Source: Octopus sinensis
Taxonomy: Eukaryota
NCBI RefSeq assembly: GCF_006345805.1
Contig: NC_043000.1
Location: 58,528,001-58,592,000 of the forward strand
Reading direction: 5' to 3'
DNA length: 64,000 nucleotides
Shown piece by piece: positions 1-13,100 of this stretch; positions within the stretch are counted from its first letter, which is position 1, and each line of letters starts with the position of its first letter. The notes under the pieces are model-generated. The model was not told the DNA's origin, did no database searches, and saw only the letters and a program-made list of their open reading frames with translations. The translations under genes and the position numbers were made by a program.

Positions 1-1020
1 TTATACAGCCTACTTGAACAGCCATAAATCACTTACCTTGCTCCTTCTGATTTCGGGCGGGGGGTAACCGCCTCCTCTTCGACCGGGTCTCGTGGGTTCG
101 GCTGGATCAGGCCCTCGTACAGGCGGTTCGAGACCTCCATCCGCAGAGGGCCCACATCCTTCCTGAAATCGTTCGCCAGCACATTATAGGCTTTGTGATT
201 TATTTTATAGATCTTTATTAGATCCTTCTTTAGCTGGTCTTCCACCTCTATCTCTTGTAGGTGCTGTGTTTCTACGCGTCGCATCACCTCGCTGTCAACC
301 GTCCGGATCGCGACGAAAGCGTTGTTGCTGTTCTCCGGCTTTTTTGCCTTTTTAATGTCCCGTTTTCTTCCTTCGGCTTTTCCTTTTTCCGGGGATGGAT
401 TTCTGTGCTTTCTTTCTGAAGCAGCGGCTGTCCATCCCTCCCCTTCTTTCTCCTCTGGTGTTGATGTTGCTGGTTCTACTGTTGCTGGAGTAGCAGAGGT
501 TTCGGCAGAGGTTGAGGGCTTTGCCGTTCTGCCTATTCCTGCCGGTTCACAGTTTTTTTCTGATGTGTCCCTTTTTTCCGCATAGGAAACACCTAGGTTG
601 GCGACCTTCCACCATGACTGGCAGGCGGTTGTCACCGATATCTATCACCTCGGTGAACTCATCTAAGGTGGCTGGTTCGACCTGCAGTGTGATAGTTACT
701 TTCTGGCTGACCCAGAATTTTGCCTCTTCCACCACCGCGCTGATTATATTTATTTTTTCCCTGAGGCCCGAGGTTGCAGCCGCCACCAGTCTCTCGGGCT
801 CTATTTCGGGAGGGATCCTTGTGATCGTTACTTTTGTGGTCCTTCAGCCCATATATATAGGCAGGAGGAAAACCTCATCTGACTTCAGAGGTTCCACTGA
901 GTGGAGTCTAGCTTCCTCCACTGTGCCGAACCTCACTTCGACCGTGGCAAACTTTTTCCCTCTGGAAATAAATTTTATTTTGTCCCATACGGAACCACCC
1001 ACATGGCAAAAAACTACAGG
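1..1020 (-). mobile_element. L1/Tx1-type non-LTR retrotransposon: frameshifted ORF1 (gag-like, zinc knuckle) and the start of ORF2
   Basis: Minus-strand ORFs 547..786 (VEGRQPRCFLCGKKGHIRK, CCHC-knuckle-like) and 33..635 overlap in different frames. An ATG at 25 starts MAVQVGCI.., typical of an APE endonuclease N-terminus, and runs off the window. Confidence 0.7.
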
Positions 1021-1099
1021 CCACTTGCTTGACAGAACTTAATGTATAAAATATATACAACATGATTAATCTTCTTCCTCCAAGACCATTTTGAAACCA

Positions 1100-2078
1100 A
1101 TAACATTGTCACAGCAGAACAAGCAGCTAGGAAGAAGGGAATCTGGAGATGTGCCGAGCAATTGCTAATCAACAAGACTCTCTTAAGGAAGCCTTCAGCA
1201 AGTCCTTATACCTCTTTTTTTGTTTATGTGGAGGTCGTTCTCCTTTAGCTAACTCTCCATAAAAGAGTTGTTTTGGCATCCTTGAATCCTTCATTCTGAC
1301 CAGATGACCACCCCATCTGAGCCTTTGCTTTAACACAAGAGCTTCTGTACTTTCACACCGAGAGCCTTCCAATATTTCAAGATCACTGGTGCGGTCCTTC
1401 CACTTAATGCCATAGATCCGTCTGAGGCACATCTGATGGAAACGTTCAAGTTGTTTAAGGTGGTATCGATATGTGATCCACGTCTCGCAGGCATAGAGAA
1501 GAGAAGGGAGCACACATGCCTTGCACGCCTTTATCTTTGTCTTTCTGCATATGTCACGCCGACTCCAGAGGCGCTTTTCTAGCCTTCCGAAAGCAACACT
1601 TGCTTTCCTAAATCTATATGGAATTTCATCATCCAAATTGCCATATCTATTAATAGTGCTTCCCAGGTAGATAAACTGATCAACTACATCAAGTCTTTTA
1701 CCATACACATAGATATTTGGTACACTATACTGCTTACTAGGGGCAGGTTGATGCATGACAACAGTTTTCTTGAGATTGACTGTAAATCCCAAGGCAGTGC
1801 AAGCATCAGAGAATGCATTCAAAATGTGTTGCATATCAATCTCTGTGTGTGCTACTAGCTCACAGTCATCTGCATACAAAAGGTCTCTTATGATAGAGGT
1901 AAATACCTTTGTTTTTGCAGCAAAGCGCCTGATATTAAATATGCTTCTAGAGGTTCGATAATGGACGTAAACACCGTATCTGCAGTTTCTGAATGCAATA
2001 CAGAAACACCATCGTGAAATATATGAAAAATTGGGTCGGTGCCAGAATATACCCCTGTTTCACTCCATTTTGTATTGA
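1100..2078 (-). mobile_element. RTE-clade LINE, 5'-truncated, frameshifted reverse transcriptase
   Basis: NGVKQGYILAP (about 2040-2075), YADD, FIYLGS, LLYACETW, LRWGGHLVRM..RMPKQLFYGEL motifs in ORF 1169..1879. Confidence 0.9.
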
Positions 2079-2080
2079 AA

Positions 2081-2146
2081 TACATACACATACATACATA
2101 CATACATACATACATACATACATACATACATACATACATACATACA

Positions 2147-2176
<30 letters not shown>
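2081..2176. repeat. (TACA)n microsatellite
   Basis: Direct reading of the sequence. Confidence 0.95.
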
Positions 2177-2177
<1 letters not shown>

Positions 2178-2178
<1 letters not shown>

Positions 2179-2455
2179 GACCAGACATGTTGATTTGGGA
2201 TAGAGAAGAGAAAGTATGTACAGTAGTGGAAATCAGTATTGAAAAAGAAAACACAAACTCTGAACTATTGTGAAACTCACATTTATTCTACACGGATTAC
2301 AAGTTCAAGTTCATACCGGTAATTATTGGAGTAAATGGATATGCAACAAACTACCTGAGCACGAATATTGAGAAATTATGCTTCTCAAAACTAGAAAGGA
2401 GAAAGCTGGTTCGAAGACTACAGATCCAAGTCATCAATGGAAATGTGAAACTTTC
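2178..2455 (+). mobile_element. 3' fragment of a restriction-like-endonuclease (RLE) non-LTR element (R4/NeSL/HERO-like)
   Basis: Translates as RPDMLIWDREEKVCTVVEIS...FKFIPVIIGVNGY with an in-frame stop. The PD..E motif and PVIIG motif are typical of RLE domains. Confidence 0.65.
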
Positions 2456-2643
2456 CAATTTAGTATTTCAGTATAAATATGCAACTATATGTTTAAAAAA
2501 AAAAAAACAGAAATCTACACACGCCTGGACACCAAATCCTTCGAATATACAAACATACATGCAAAAATACCGTTGATGCTGTTGAAAATCCAATGAAGTA
2601 GCCTTGAATCTAGGCTAGAAACCGGTTCTTTCTCTATTGGCAA

Positions 2644-2961
2644 CTGGCACTCCGTCGATTACGACGACGAGAGTTCCAGTTGATCCGATCAACGGAACAG
2701 CCTACTCGTGAAATTAACGTGTAAGTGACTGAGCACTCTACCGACTTGTGTACCCCTAACGTAGTTCTCAGGGAGATTCAGCGTGACACAAAATGTGATA
2801 AAGCTGGACCTTTGAAATACTGGCACTACTCATTTTTTCCAGCTGAGTGGACTGGAGCAATGTGAAATAAAATGTCTTGCTCAAGGACACAACGCATCGC
2901 CGGGAATTGAACTCACGACCTTGTGTTCGTGAGCCGAATACCCTAACCACTAAGCCACGCG
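2644..2961 (-). mobile_element. tRNA-derived SINE with CORE-like body
   Basis: Head GTGGCTTAGTGGTTAG..GAGTTCAATTCC (A/B boxes), then TGTGTCCTTGAGCAAGAC. Related copies at 39370, 39755 and 56392. Confidence 0.8.
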
Positions 2962-3842
2962 TTTTCATCTTATTGGCAAGAAATCTTAAAATAAAACTGA
3001 ATAATAACATGCTTACACGCGTATGCATAATAAATACATCTTACATATAAATCTTTTTGTTCCCCCTTTTTATGGCATAATCGGAGAAGGAATGCCAAAG
3101 ATAATCTTTTGTGAAGCCCTATCTCACGTGACTAGTTGGGGGGAGAGGGAGAAACTCGACTCAAGCGTTACTGTTATTGCTGTTGTTGGTGGTTGGGGGT
3201 TATTCTAGGCCAGACTTTAACAAATAGACCTTCCAATGACTTATTAGGACTATATAGATGCATGCATTATCCTATGTCCTTCGAAGTTTTCTTTTTTTTT
3301 TTTCTTTTTTAAGACAGGACATAACTTAAGAGAAATTTGACTGCTATTTCTCACAGATCGAGTGGTCATGCACGCTCTTTCGATTGTTTACAAATCGTGA
3401 TTAGCAGCTTTATGAAGCAGCACATCGTCAATATATTGAATTGTCCTGTGAGAGAAACCTGTCTGAATACTTGCATGAGACCAGAGAGGCTGCTGAAAAC
3501 AACCTGGGTGATGGTGATGTTAAAACCGGTTGACAAGATCATATGCAAAAGTTGACGAATGAGTCACAGACATGGTCACAAAATCTACTAGAAATAACAG
3601 CCAAATTTTCATGTCTTCACACCCTATTGACTGCAAAAGAGGAAGCATGCATTTGAATATGTAGCTGTTTATTGATTGGGTGTCCTCTTGGTCGGTCGAC
3701 TGGAAAACTTACTCATTAGATTAAGCATGAAAAACGGCTTAGAATTCCATAGACGTGTGTACTCTTTACGAAATTCTCAAGTAGAATCAGTATGAATTAC
3801 AAGTGCAGTCCATCAGAAGATTTACTATACAAGTTCGGATGA

Positions 3843-4415
3843 CGCGGCGAGATGGCAGAGTCGTTAGCACGCCGGGCGAGATGCGTAGCCGTATTTCGTC
3901 TGCCGTTACATTCTGAGTTCAAATTCCGCCGAGGTCGACTTTGCCTTTCATCCTTTCGGGCTCGATTAAATAAGTACCAGTTACGCACTGGGTCGATATA
4001 ATCAACTTAATCCGTTTGTTTGTCCTTGTTTGTCCTCTGTGTTTAGCCCATTGTGGGTAGTAAAGAAATAGGTATTTCGTCTGCCGTTACGTTCTGAGTT
4101 CAAATTCCGCCGAGGTCGACTTTGCCTTTCATCCTTTCGGGGTCGATTAAATAAGTACAAGTTACGCACTGGGGTCGATATAATCGACTTAATCCGTTTG
4201 TCTGTCCTTGTTTGTCTCCTCTGTGTTTAGCTCCTCGTGGGTAGTAAAGAAATAGAAATAAGTATTTCGTCTGCCGTTACGCTCTTAGTTCAAATTCCGC
4301 TGAGATCGACTTTGCCTTTCATCCTTCCGGGGTCGATTAAATAAGTATCAGTTACTATGTCTGTCCGTGTTTGTCCTCTCTGTGTTTGGCCCCTTGTGGG
4401 CAATAAAGAAATAAA
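3843..4415 (+). mobile_element. tRNA-derived SINE in a three-unit head-to-tail array
   Basis: One head GGCGAGATGGCAGAGTCGTTAG, then three repeats of GTATTTCGTCTGCCGTTAC...TAAAGAAAT. Many dispersed copies in the window. Confidence 0.85.
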
Positions 4416-4898
4416 TTTCGGTTGACGCAAATTTATTCAATGTCGACCCGAAACTATGGTAACTGTACTTACCCAAGATGCCACATAGGAGGTTCGAGCC
4501 AGGATCTCCATGGTTATGAAGAGAGCTTCTTAACCACCCAACCATGTCAGCATCCATTATTTATGAATGCACAATGATCGAAATGTCAGAACTCATTTCT
4601 CCTCACAACACATCAACTTATCTGGCTTTATTAATATTATGAGCTGTTTATTACAATCATTAGAGCGGTGGAATAAAAAGCTTTCCGTATTTATTTCAGT
4701 TACGGTTCATTATGTTGTGAATTCACCTCCCCCCCCCACCCCAAAGTCAGTATAACTTATACCTTTCAGCTTTCCGAGGTCGACAGCATTATCAGTCAAG
4801 TTCTGGCTTGTAATTTTCCTAAGCATCCCAGACGTGAATTGGGAATAAAAAAGATACAGATCATCGCAAGTATCCTCGGATTCTGGTGTGTATGTTTT

Positions 4899-4947
<49 letters not shown>

Positions 4948-5429
4948 TAGATTCATAATACCTCGCCACTCAAAAAGGAGAAAAAATACTGTTTGAAAAT
5001 GTTTATAGGTAAGCTACAACAAGGATAACACCAGCAAACAGCTTATTCAAGAGCTATGCGCATCCGTACATGTTTATATTTAAACATATACAATTAGTTA
5101 CATACGCGTATATATTTACACACATACAATTACTCCTACATACATTCGCATGAACGTATGCAATGAGTAAACACACACTCACTCACACACACACACACAC
5201 ACATACGCACATATATATATCAGATATATTTGAATATTTTAAAATTTACATAAACTCTTAACACTTTTGAATTGCTATTGTTATAAATTTCGTAAGTACA
5301 CAAGGAGCTAAAAATCAAAATTGTCATAGCTGTATAGCAGTTACTCAGTAGCTGTTATCTCCAGGATCTAGTTATTACATTAACAGCAGCCAAGCACGTA
5401 GTGAAAGAAGGTGTTCTGCAACAATATAA

Positions 5430-5846
5430 ATGATGTCCCAATACACGGAGGCTACGCCTAGTCAACAGCACGCTATGGCTATAAGAGGTGTCGTTATATA
5501 CGACTCGAACGGTACAGTTATTCGTTCCTCGTTGAATGTTCCGCTACCACGAAGCTTATTAAAAAGTCTGCTGGCCAGTTTCAGGGTACCACGGTCCCGA
5601 GTGAAAACTCAGATGTTTCAGTGTTATCTCGAAGGTGGTAATTACCATTGTATGACAGTCAATCCGAATGTTATAGTTGGCTGGTCGAATGCATCTCGGT
5701 TTACTCTCAACAAAAGTAGCGGTGGAATTGTTATGGTCTTCGAAGATCCTAAATCTCCCACTTCGTCTGTGACCTCCTCTGAAGATTATGCGGAACATCT
5801 CAAGACTTTTCAGAGTGTCCAACAGGAATTACATTCGCCTCACTAA
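5430..5846 (+). CDS. Intronless divergent profilin-like protein (138 aa), closest in pattern to PFN4-type
   Basis: Non-repetitive ORF with AAATG context. Its pattern matches the profilin fold by eye: IRGVVIYDSNGTVIRSS, LEGGNYHCM, IVG..FTLNKS.GIVMVF and the C-terminal helix SVTSSEDYAEHLK. AATAAA near 6536 and 6561. Confidence 0.6.
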   Translation: MMSQYTEATPSQQHAMAIRGVVIYDSNGTVIRSSLNVPLPRSLLKSLLASFRVPRSRVKTQMFQCYLEGGNYHCMTVNPNVIVGWSNASRFTLNKSSGGIVMVFEDPKSPTSSVTSSEDYAEHLKTFQSVQQELHSPH

Positions 5847-6217
5847 CCATGCACACACACACTAAGCCATACAAAGAATTCTAATGCACTGTTGATTTGT
5901 TTTATACGCGCGCGCACACACACATATACACACACGCGTATATATTAATGTGAAATTATCATGATGCGTGATTTTATACTAACTTTTAACAGTACTTGTT
6001 CTAATATTACTCGGCTGATAATTTTTTTATCAGTTTTCCTCTTTAAATGGAGCGCATCTTGCCAACTTTTGAAGACTTTAAGGGAATTTACTTTTTTCAT
6101 TTCGTGTTGTATTTTGTTTATTGATATATCGATATATTTTTGTATTCCTGTATAAAATACGAACAAAATTCTTGTACGGTACGTAGTCTTTATTGTTATT
6201 ATTGTTATTAAGACAGA

Positions 6218-6420
6218 GCTGGCAGGGATCGTTAGCGCGTCGGACAAAATGTTTTGTTGCGTTTCTTCTTGCCCTGTACGGTCTAAGTACAAATTCTGCT
6301 TAAGTCGACTGTGCTTTTCATCAATCAGGATCGATAAAAGGAATACCAGTTGAATACTAGAGTCGATGTAATCGACTTATCCCGTCTCTTAGAATTGCTG
6401 GCACTGCCAAAATTTGAAAC
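6218..6420 (+). mobile_element. tRNA-derived SINE (same family as 3843)
   Basis: GAGCTGGCAGG..GTTAGCG head and GTCGACTGTGCTTTTCATC body. Confidence 0.75.
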
Positions 6421-8032
6421 CGTTATTGCTGTTATCTTTTAATTTTAGCGGAAAACTTTATTTTATCCATCTTCAAATGTATATATAGATATGTGAATGT
6501 GAGAAGTAACGAACAGCCAACTGTTGAAAAATGTAAATAAAAACTCTTGATTAAATATTAAATAAAACACATGCTGTTAGGAGACATTACTAGATCTATT
6601 CGCTTCGCCAATTCAAGCTTTTATTTCATATGTAAACAACATGTAAAAAAAAAAAAAAGACTTGGTTCTACTTAGAACGCTTTTGCTTGTTTACTGTTTA
6701 ACCTCGAATCTCTAACGATGTCAGATCGGTGTGTTTTAGTAAATAACTACGTTTTAAAAATAAATCTGTGTAGTATCATCACAACTTATCCAAACTAAGC
6801 AGCCTTTTATTTATTTATTTTTTGGCATTCCATTCATGTATGTTGTTTAAGACTTGCATAATAACAATGTTTTGTTGTCTGACAATACAAGTAACTTGTT
6901 TTGCTCCACTTAGAAATTAAGGAGGACTAACCTTTCATTCCAAAGGTGATAATTATTTACACAAGACATTTGATGCAACTTACTCTAATGCAAATATGTG
7001 TGTGCTTAGGATGGGAAGAGATTAATCATCTGTACACCTTACACTTTTTTAATTGTACCAACTTTCGTTGAAGTAAACATTTTTATCTTTGTATGTCAGA
7101 GTGAAATAGTTATACAAATAATTTGTACGTTATTCTGTGGAATAATTTGTCTAGCTTACGTTGGGTAAAGGGAAGATGAATGCTCCTGATAAGTGAGTTT
7201 GCAGTCTTTAAGTCTGACGCCCTACATCGCCCGCATATATTGTATACACATAGATGTTCTTTGCTCAAATTAATTTTTAATGATATGCAGTCTTATGACT
7301 TCGCCATTTGTTTGTAACTGTAAGTATACAATGACAATAATAATTAACATCACATTGCTTAAAAAGAAAATGCTCGAGCAGCATTTTTTTTTGTCGTTCC
7401 CATCACACCAACGCAAATATATTACCCTGGTTAAAACTATTCAAAGCTTAATATATAACGGGAAATCTCTTAATAAAATTACTTTTTATTTTTTAAAAAG
7501 ATTTTCCCCACGTTTATTTCCCCAATACTTCTTGTATAACATTTTGCGGATGTTATTGTGTCCACATGTAACTACAGTAGCAAACCTGCTATGGATATTG
7601 CGTTTCATTGTGATCGACTGAACACTTAACAGCATGACAATATTAAAGAACGAATCGATCGACTGCAGCTTCTCTCCCTACCTTTGTAGATAAATGTTGC
7701 TGCATCATTCCGGTAACTTGAGTAGATTTTTCCTTCTGATATCTTTGGCAGTATTTAAAATTCTATAGAGAATACGTGACAGCAGTACCTAAGTTACGAC
7801 AGATGGTGCAAAATCGCTAATAAACTACTACTTGAGGTATAGTTACCGCTAAATGTAAACTTGAAATTAGCTCATTGTTTCTTACTAGTAATATCCATTC
7901 GTTGTCAGCGTGCGTTCGTAAATGTTTGGTATGTGTTGTCAGTAGCTCAATTCTATTGCTCGTAGTTGGATGCTTTCTTCGGTTACAATCAAGAATTCTT
8001 AACTTCCGAAGAGAAGAAACTGTAACTGTAAT

Positions 8033-8215
8033 AATGGTTTCAAATTTTAGTTCAAGGCCAGCACTTTCTTGGGAGGGGCGAAGTTTTTAAATCTACTCCA
8101 GTGTTCAATAGGTGCTTATTTTATCGGATCGAAAGGTTTAAAGGCAAAGTTGACCTCGGCGCAGTTTGAACTCAGAACGTAAAGACGGACTACGCATTTT
8201 GCCCGGCATGTTGAA
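8033..8215 (-). mobile_element. SINE copy (3843 family)
   Basis: GGCAAAGTTGACCTCGGC..TTTGAACTCAGAACGTAA is the reverse complement of the SINE body. Confidence 0.75.
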
Positions 8216-8759
8216 CCTTTAACAGTAATACTGTAGTCAGAAGTTGAAAGCAGTCCTTATGCATTTTACCTCCAAACAATTCGTATCACTTGTCTGGGTG
8301 TAACGCCTATGTTATAGCATTTGTTACTCCTGAGACAACCTCTAGACTGGTATTTTATCAATTCCAGCCATTTGACTGTGACCATGCAAGACCACCGTGA
8401 CTATTCGTCTCGGTGCTTTCCACTATGACCAATAAAATCTTTTCTTTTAGGGCATGTCAATTTCAGAATATTTTTGAGATTATCTTCCCTGTGCAGTCGG
8501 TGTCATCGCATCTGCGTTTGTTCACCCATCGTAATGAAGATAATTTCAATAAATCGCGTATTCATTTTATTTTGTATTAATATATGCATTGTTACGTCTG
8601 GTTTTAACACCCACCTTCTAATCAAATTTTTTGCAAAACAAATTCAAAATTGATTTTATTTAACTCGTCTTTTATCCATATTCATTGACCACTCTTAATT
8701 CTGTTAGCTAAGTTTTGTTATATGCATGTTCGGTCCCTCCAATGCTGTTAATGTTTCGT

Positions 8760-10420
8760 TTATTGAAGATCAACACCTGCAGGAAAGACAGGAGCAAAGA
8801 GAAGATTCCAGAGGACCAATTTCCTGGGGGGGGGGGGCTGGGAATAATGGTTAGTGAAGGGATTTGGGCATACCAATAGTGACATGAGTAGTAGGAGGCC
8901 TGCCTGGTCTTAGGAAGAAGCCATTATAGTAGAGATGAGACAGGACGCTGAAGTGTGTCCCTAAACTGAAAATTATTTTGTTGAGTGTTTTTTCTCTGAT
9001 TGCATTCCAGAGTTATTTCTGTGCGTAGCAGTAACACTGCCCCCCCCCCTCTGTGGAAGTAGTACTCCATTGTGAGTCTTACTAGAGCCTTTTAAAGTGT
9101 CAGTCGCTGTTTAGGGCTGAAATATTTTCAAGCTCTGAAAAAGGATTAGTCTTGGAGATGCGATTCTACCTATGTGTTTTCATCAGGAGAGATCCTCGGT
9201 GATAGTGAGCGCCAGTTTTGGGGGTTCTAGATAGGTCGTGGTGCCGTTGTATTTTCTAAATATAAGAGATTTTTTTTTTTTTTTTGCTGTTAGGTGAGAC
9301 GGTTGGCAAGGCCCTAGTTAAGGACTCTCTCATGGTCACCGTTTATGGAATTAGAGCAAGTTTGGCTTGTGAATGGTTAATGAGTGGACAAAGTTAGGGA
9401 AGAATGAAGGGCCGTGTCGTTTGTTTAAGAGCAGACGTTGTAGGATGAGTGCGGTAAGTAGGAGAGAAGTAAAATGGAGTTAAAGAACTCTGGGGAACAC
9501 TAGAATTGATTGGGAAGGAGGTTGAAAGAGCACATGTCAACATATACCACGAAGCTGCTATCAAATAGGAAGCTCCCGATTCAAAAGATGAGAGATAGGT
9601 GGAGCTTATAAGTGGTAAGTTTTGATAGATTTGCATGCTAGACGCAGCTGAAGGCTTTACTGTTGTATCGTGGGCAACACCAATTTCACCGAACTCTTCT
9701 AAAGTGAGAGCCCACTGGTAAATATAAGAGAGGTTTTCGTCAGTGGACCTGGCTCTGCAGAAGTCGCGTTAAATGTCACTGAGAAGAGAAATTCAAGATA
9801 CTAGAGAACGTCATTGTTGATGGCTGTTTCCATTACCGTACAGATTTTAAAGGTCAGAAAAGAGGGCGATAGTTGCCTGGGTCAAAGGAATTGCCTTTCT
9901 TTGGAATGGGACACACCGAGACGTACTTCCAAATTTTTATGGCATATCCTCGAAGAGTGAGAGGTTGAAAAGTTCAGTATGTATAGGAGCAAGTTCTTGG
10001 GCGCAATGTATATAAGTATGGTGGAAGGGATATTGGCAGGGCCGATGACCTTGTTTGTGTGAACAACTGAAGATATATCTGCACATGGTATGTGATCGAA
10101 TGCAGGATGGGGAAACTGGTAGATTGGAATTGGGTAGATTTGAAGGAGAATGGTCAAAGGTGTATAGTGTGAAGTTGGATGCAAGGCTTGAAACGAAATT
10201 GGAGGCTTTCTTCATGGGGATACTACTTACAGAACTCTCATTGTTTAGAAGAGGAGGCAAAGTTGGTGGAGATTTTTTTTTTTTGTTTTTTAGCTAGGAC
10301 CCAAAAAGCTCGGTTTCTGTTTGGGAGGCTGAAAAGTTTAAGAGCCGTATGATGGACAAAGACATAACGGACTTAGGACATTGAGATGTTATGTGTGACA
10401 TGTGAAAAGAAATACTTAAA
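8760..10420 (-). mobile_element. Highly degenerate APE-type LINE reverse transcriptase region
   Basis: Scattered minus-strand motifs: TNKVIGPANIP..CAQELAPI, DFCRARST, SSVPQ and a terminal WNL..VFP..DLQ. Many stops and frameshifts. Confidence 0.6.
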
Positions 10421-11147
10421 AGGATGGTTTCAGCTATGTGTACTCCAAGGGATAAGTGGAATGAAATTAGCGGAGCTCCTACCAGTCGGATGATTTAAAG
10501 TACTAAGGGGTCTAGGGAGACGGGATACTGTATAGTATATGAATGTGTGTTGGACTGTTGCAACGAGACAAAAACCAGAAGTTCTAGTCAGTACAGAGAT
10601 AAACACTACGAGTTTCCGTCTACCGAATGCCTTCTGAGAAGGCATCGTTCAACGTAATGCTACAGCAGAATCTGCTTCCTAGGGTACTCCTCAGTAATTT
10701 CAAACCTGGAAACGAACTTCTTAGCTCTATACATCTTAATATGGTGCAAATGTTTTGTACTTCCACCGTAGGGTTCTTCCAAAAATCTCTCTCAAAGACA
10801 GTGAGTTTCCAAACCAGAATTTGTGGCTTTTCAGATCAGGAACCTTTTTAGAAGATAGAGTATAAACAATTTTCTCCCCAATAAAAATCAGACACATTAA
10901 GTGTTTTAAGAGATAATTTAGCTTGGTCATTGCTACATGGATTGTAATGTGGATTTGCATGTGGTGTTATATCATTTATTCAAATGATCTTTTACATCTT
11001 TTGTGATCAGCGCAGTATCTCGATGAGGATTGATGTATCTAACGATGCCATTTAATGTAAAGAGTTGATCTATACCTTTTGACTGACTTTTTAAATTAAA
11101 ATAAATGATTTTCAAATTAAAACGACTAAACTATGATTTAAATTATT

Positions 11148-11566
11148 CTCTTTTACTCTATTTTACTTGTTTCAGTCATTTGACTGTGGCCATGCTAGAG
11201 CACCGCCTTTAGTCGAGCAAATCGACCCCAGGACTTATTCTTTGTAAACCTAGTACTTATTCTATCGGTCTCTTTTGCCTAACTGCTAGGTGACGGGGAC
11301 GTAAACACACCAACATCGGTTGTCAAGCGATGTTGGGGGGGGGGCACAAACACAGACGAACAAACATATACACACACATACATATATATATGTATACATA
11401 TATACGACGGGTTTCTTTCATTTTCCGTCAACCAAATCCACTCACGAGGCCTTTGTTGGCCCGAGCTATAGTAGAAGACACTTGCCCAAGGTGCCACGCA
11501 GTAGGACTGAACCCGGAACTATGTGGTTGGTAAGCAAACTACTTGCCAAACAGCCACTCCTACGCC
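11148..11566 (-). mobile_element. tRNA-derived SINE with internal (TA/TG) tract and CR1-like tail
   Basis: Head GGCGTAGGAGTGGCTG..GGTTCCGGGTTCAGTCC; tail GGCGGTGCTCTAGCATGGCC..CTGAAACAAGTAAAA. Confidence 0.85.
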
Positions 11567-12729
11567 ATATAAACTTTAATTTAAATATATATAAACTTTA
11601 ATTTAAATCAGATGTTTTTTTTATTTAAAACGAATGCGTATCAATTTAAAATATGATATTCATATTAAAATGCGAAATTTAAAAAAAAGTTACGTTTGAT
11701 TAAAAACACATTTTCTTCAGCCATATTTCCAGATTTGTGAGACTAAACAACAAAACATAACATAGACCAATTGCCTCTCACATCTCCATTTCTTGATATA
11801 TTGTTACAACAGCTAAAAGTGTGTGTGGAGGTAGAAATTATTGCAAAGTATAACCAACCAATGGGGATCCTTCTATAAGGTTATTCGAATTGCAAGAAAT
11901 AGTAGCCAAGTCTTCAAATTTTACCCCACCAACATAAATATTAATGAATGTACTGGATAACCTAATAAGTAATCTTGACATTAAAGTTTACTCGATCGGT
12001 AATTTAACTGCGCTGATTTTCCATTTGTCGAGCACAGCTAGAAATGAACAATATTGGTTGTACATTTATTGTTCAAAGACTGGATAATTTTGACTAATAT
12101 TTTAATAAAAATACAGCATCTGGATGATCAGTAAATATTTTATATATGGAATCGTATACTCAAGATCTATCAGCAAACGAAAACACGTATCAATTATTTA
12201 TAATTATTTATCATTTGCAGCTCATGGTTGTATGTTAGAGCTGTTACACTTCCATCGGAAGGAAAGTAAATCTTTGAAATCTAGTTACAACCATGGGACC
12301 GGGAACAGGGGGTGCAAGGGCACGTCCTGAGATTTTTGAGGAGTGCAAAATCAAAATTTGCACCCCTACTTACTTTTCTCAGATTTAGAAAATATTGTGT
12401 AAAAAGTGATCTGTAAAAAGTAGCTTCAAGTTAGGTTTTCTTCTCAAAGGACAAAGAACAAAAATAAATAATGATAAAAGAAAAACAATAAGACTTTGTT
12501 TGTAAAGAAATTGGACCTGGATTCCCACTAAACAAATTACGTTCATGAGCCAGTGGTTACAACTCTGAACTACCAACCATTTTTGTTGCAACGCTAAATA
12601 TCTTCAGATCAGGAATATGATACGAATATTAAATATGCCAGGAATATTTGTGCCCTCTTCTAAGTAGATTTAGAATCTTAGGAATCTCGTCAATGTTGTC
12701 AAAACAAGCTCATAGTAAAGACCTGATTC

Positions 12730-13100
12730 GAATATGTGTCGAATATGTGTTAGCAGTAGCAGCTGACTTGGAAAGTGTTAGAGGATGAGGAAGGGAATCA
12801 GTCAATGTTAAAAGAAGCGGTGAACATGACTTGGTTCTTGTGTCAAGAGCGGAACGTCAAATGGTCAACATATAGTTGAGAGACGAAGATGGAAGAAGTA
12901 CAAGAGAGAGAGCACAAAAAGTATGCAGAGTTGGTGAAAGAGTGCAGTGGTTTTGCAGTACTCGTTAAGAGGGGGATTTGATTTTGGAGTGTGGATGGGC
13001 ATGAGAAGGATCGGGGGAGTAGCGATGGGTTCGTGTTGGAGAGCGAAAAAGTTCTTAAGCAACATCAGAAGAGGTACTGAGTAGGGCATCTCGATGCAGT
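12730..13100 (-). mobile_element. Probable degenerate LINE endonuclease-region fragment
   Basis: Purine-rich plus strand with composition like 8760-10420. Only weak motif remnants. Confidence 0.35.
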
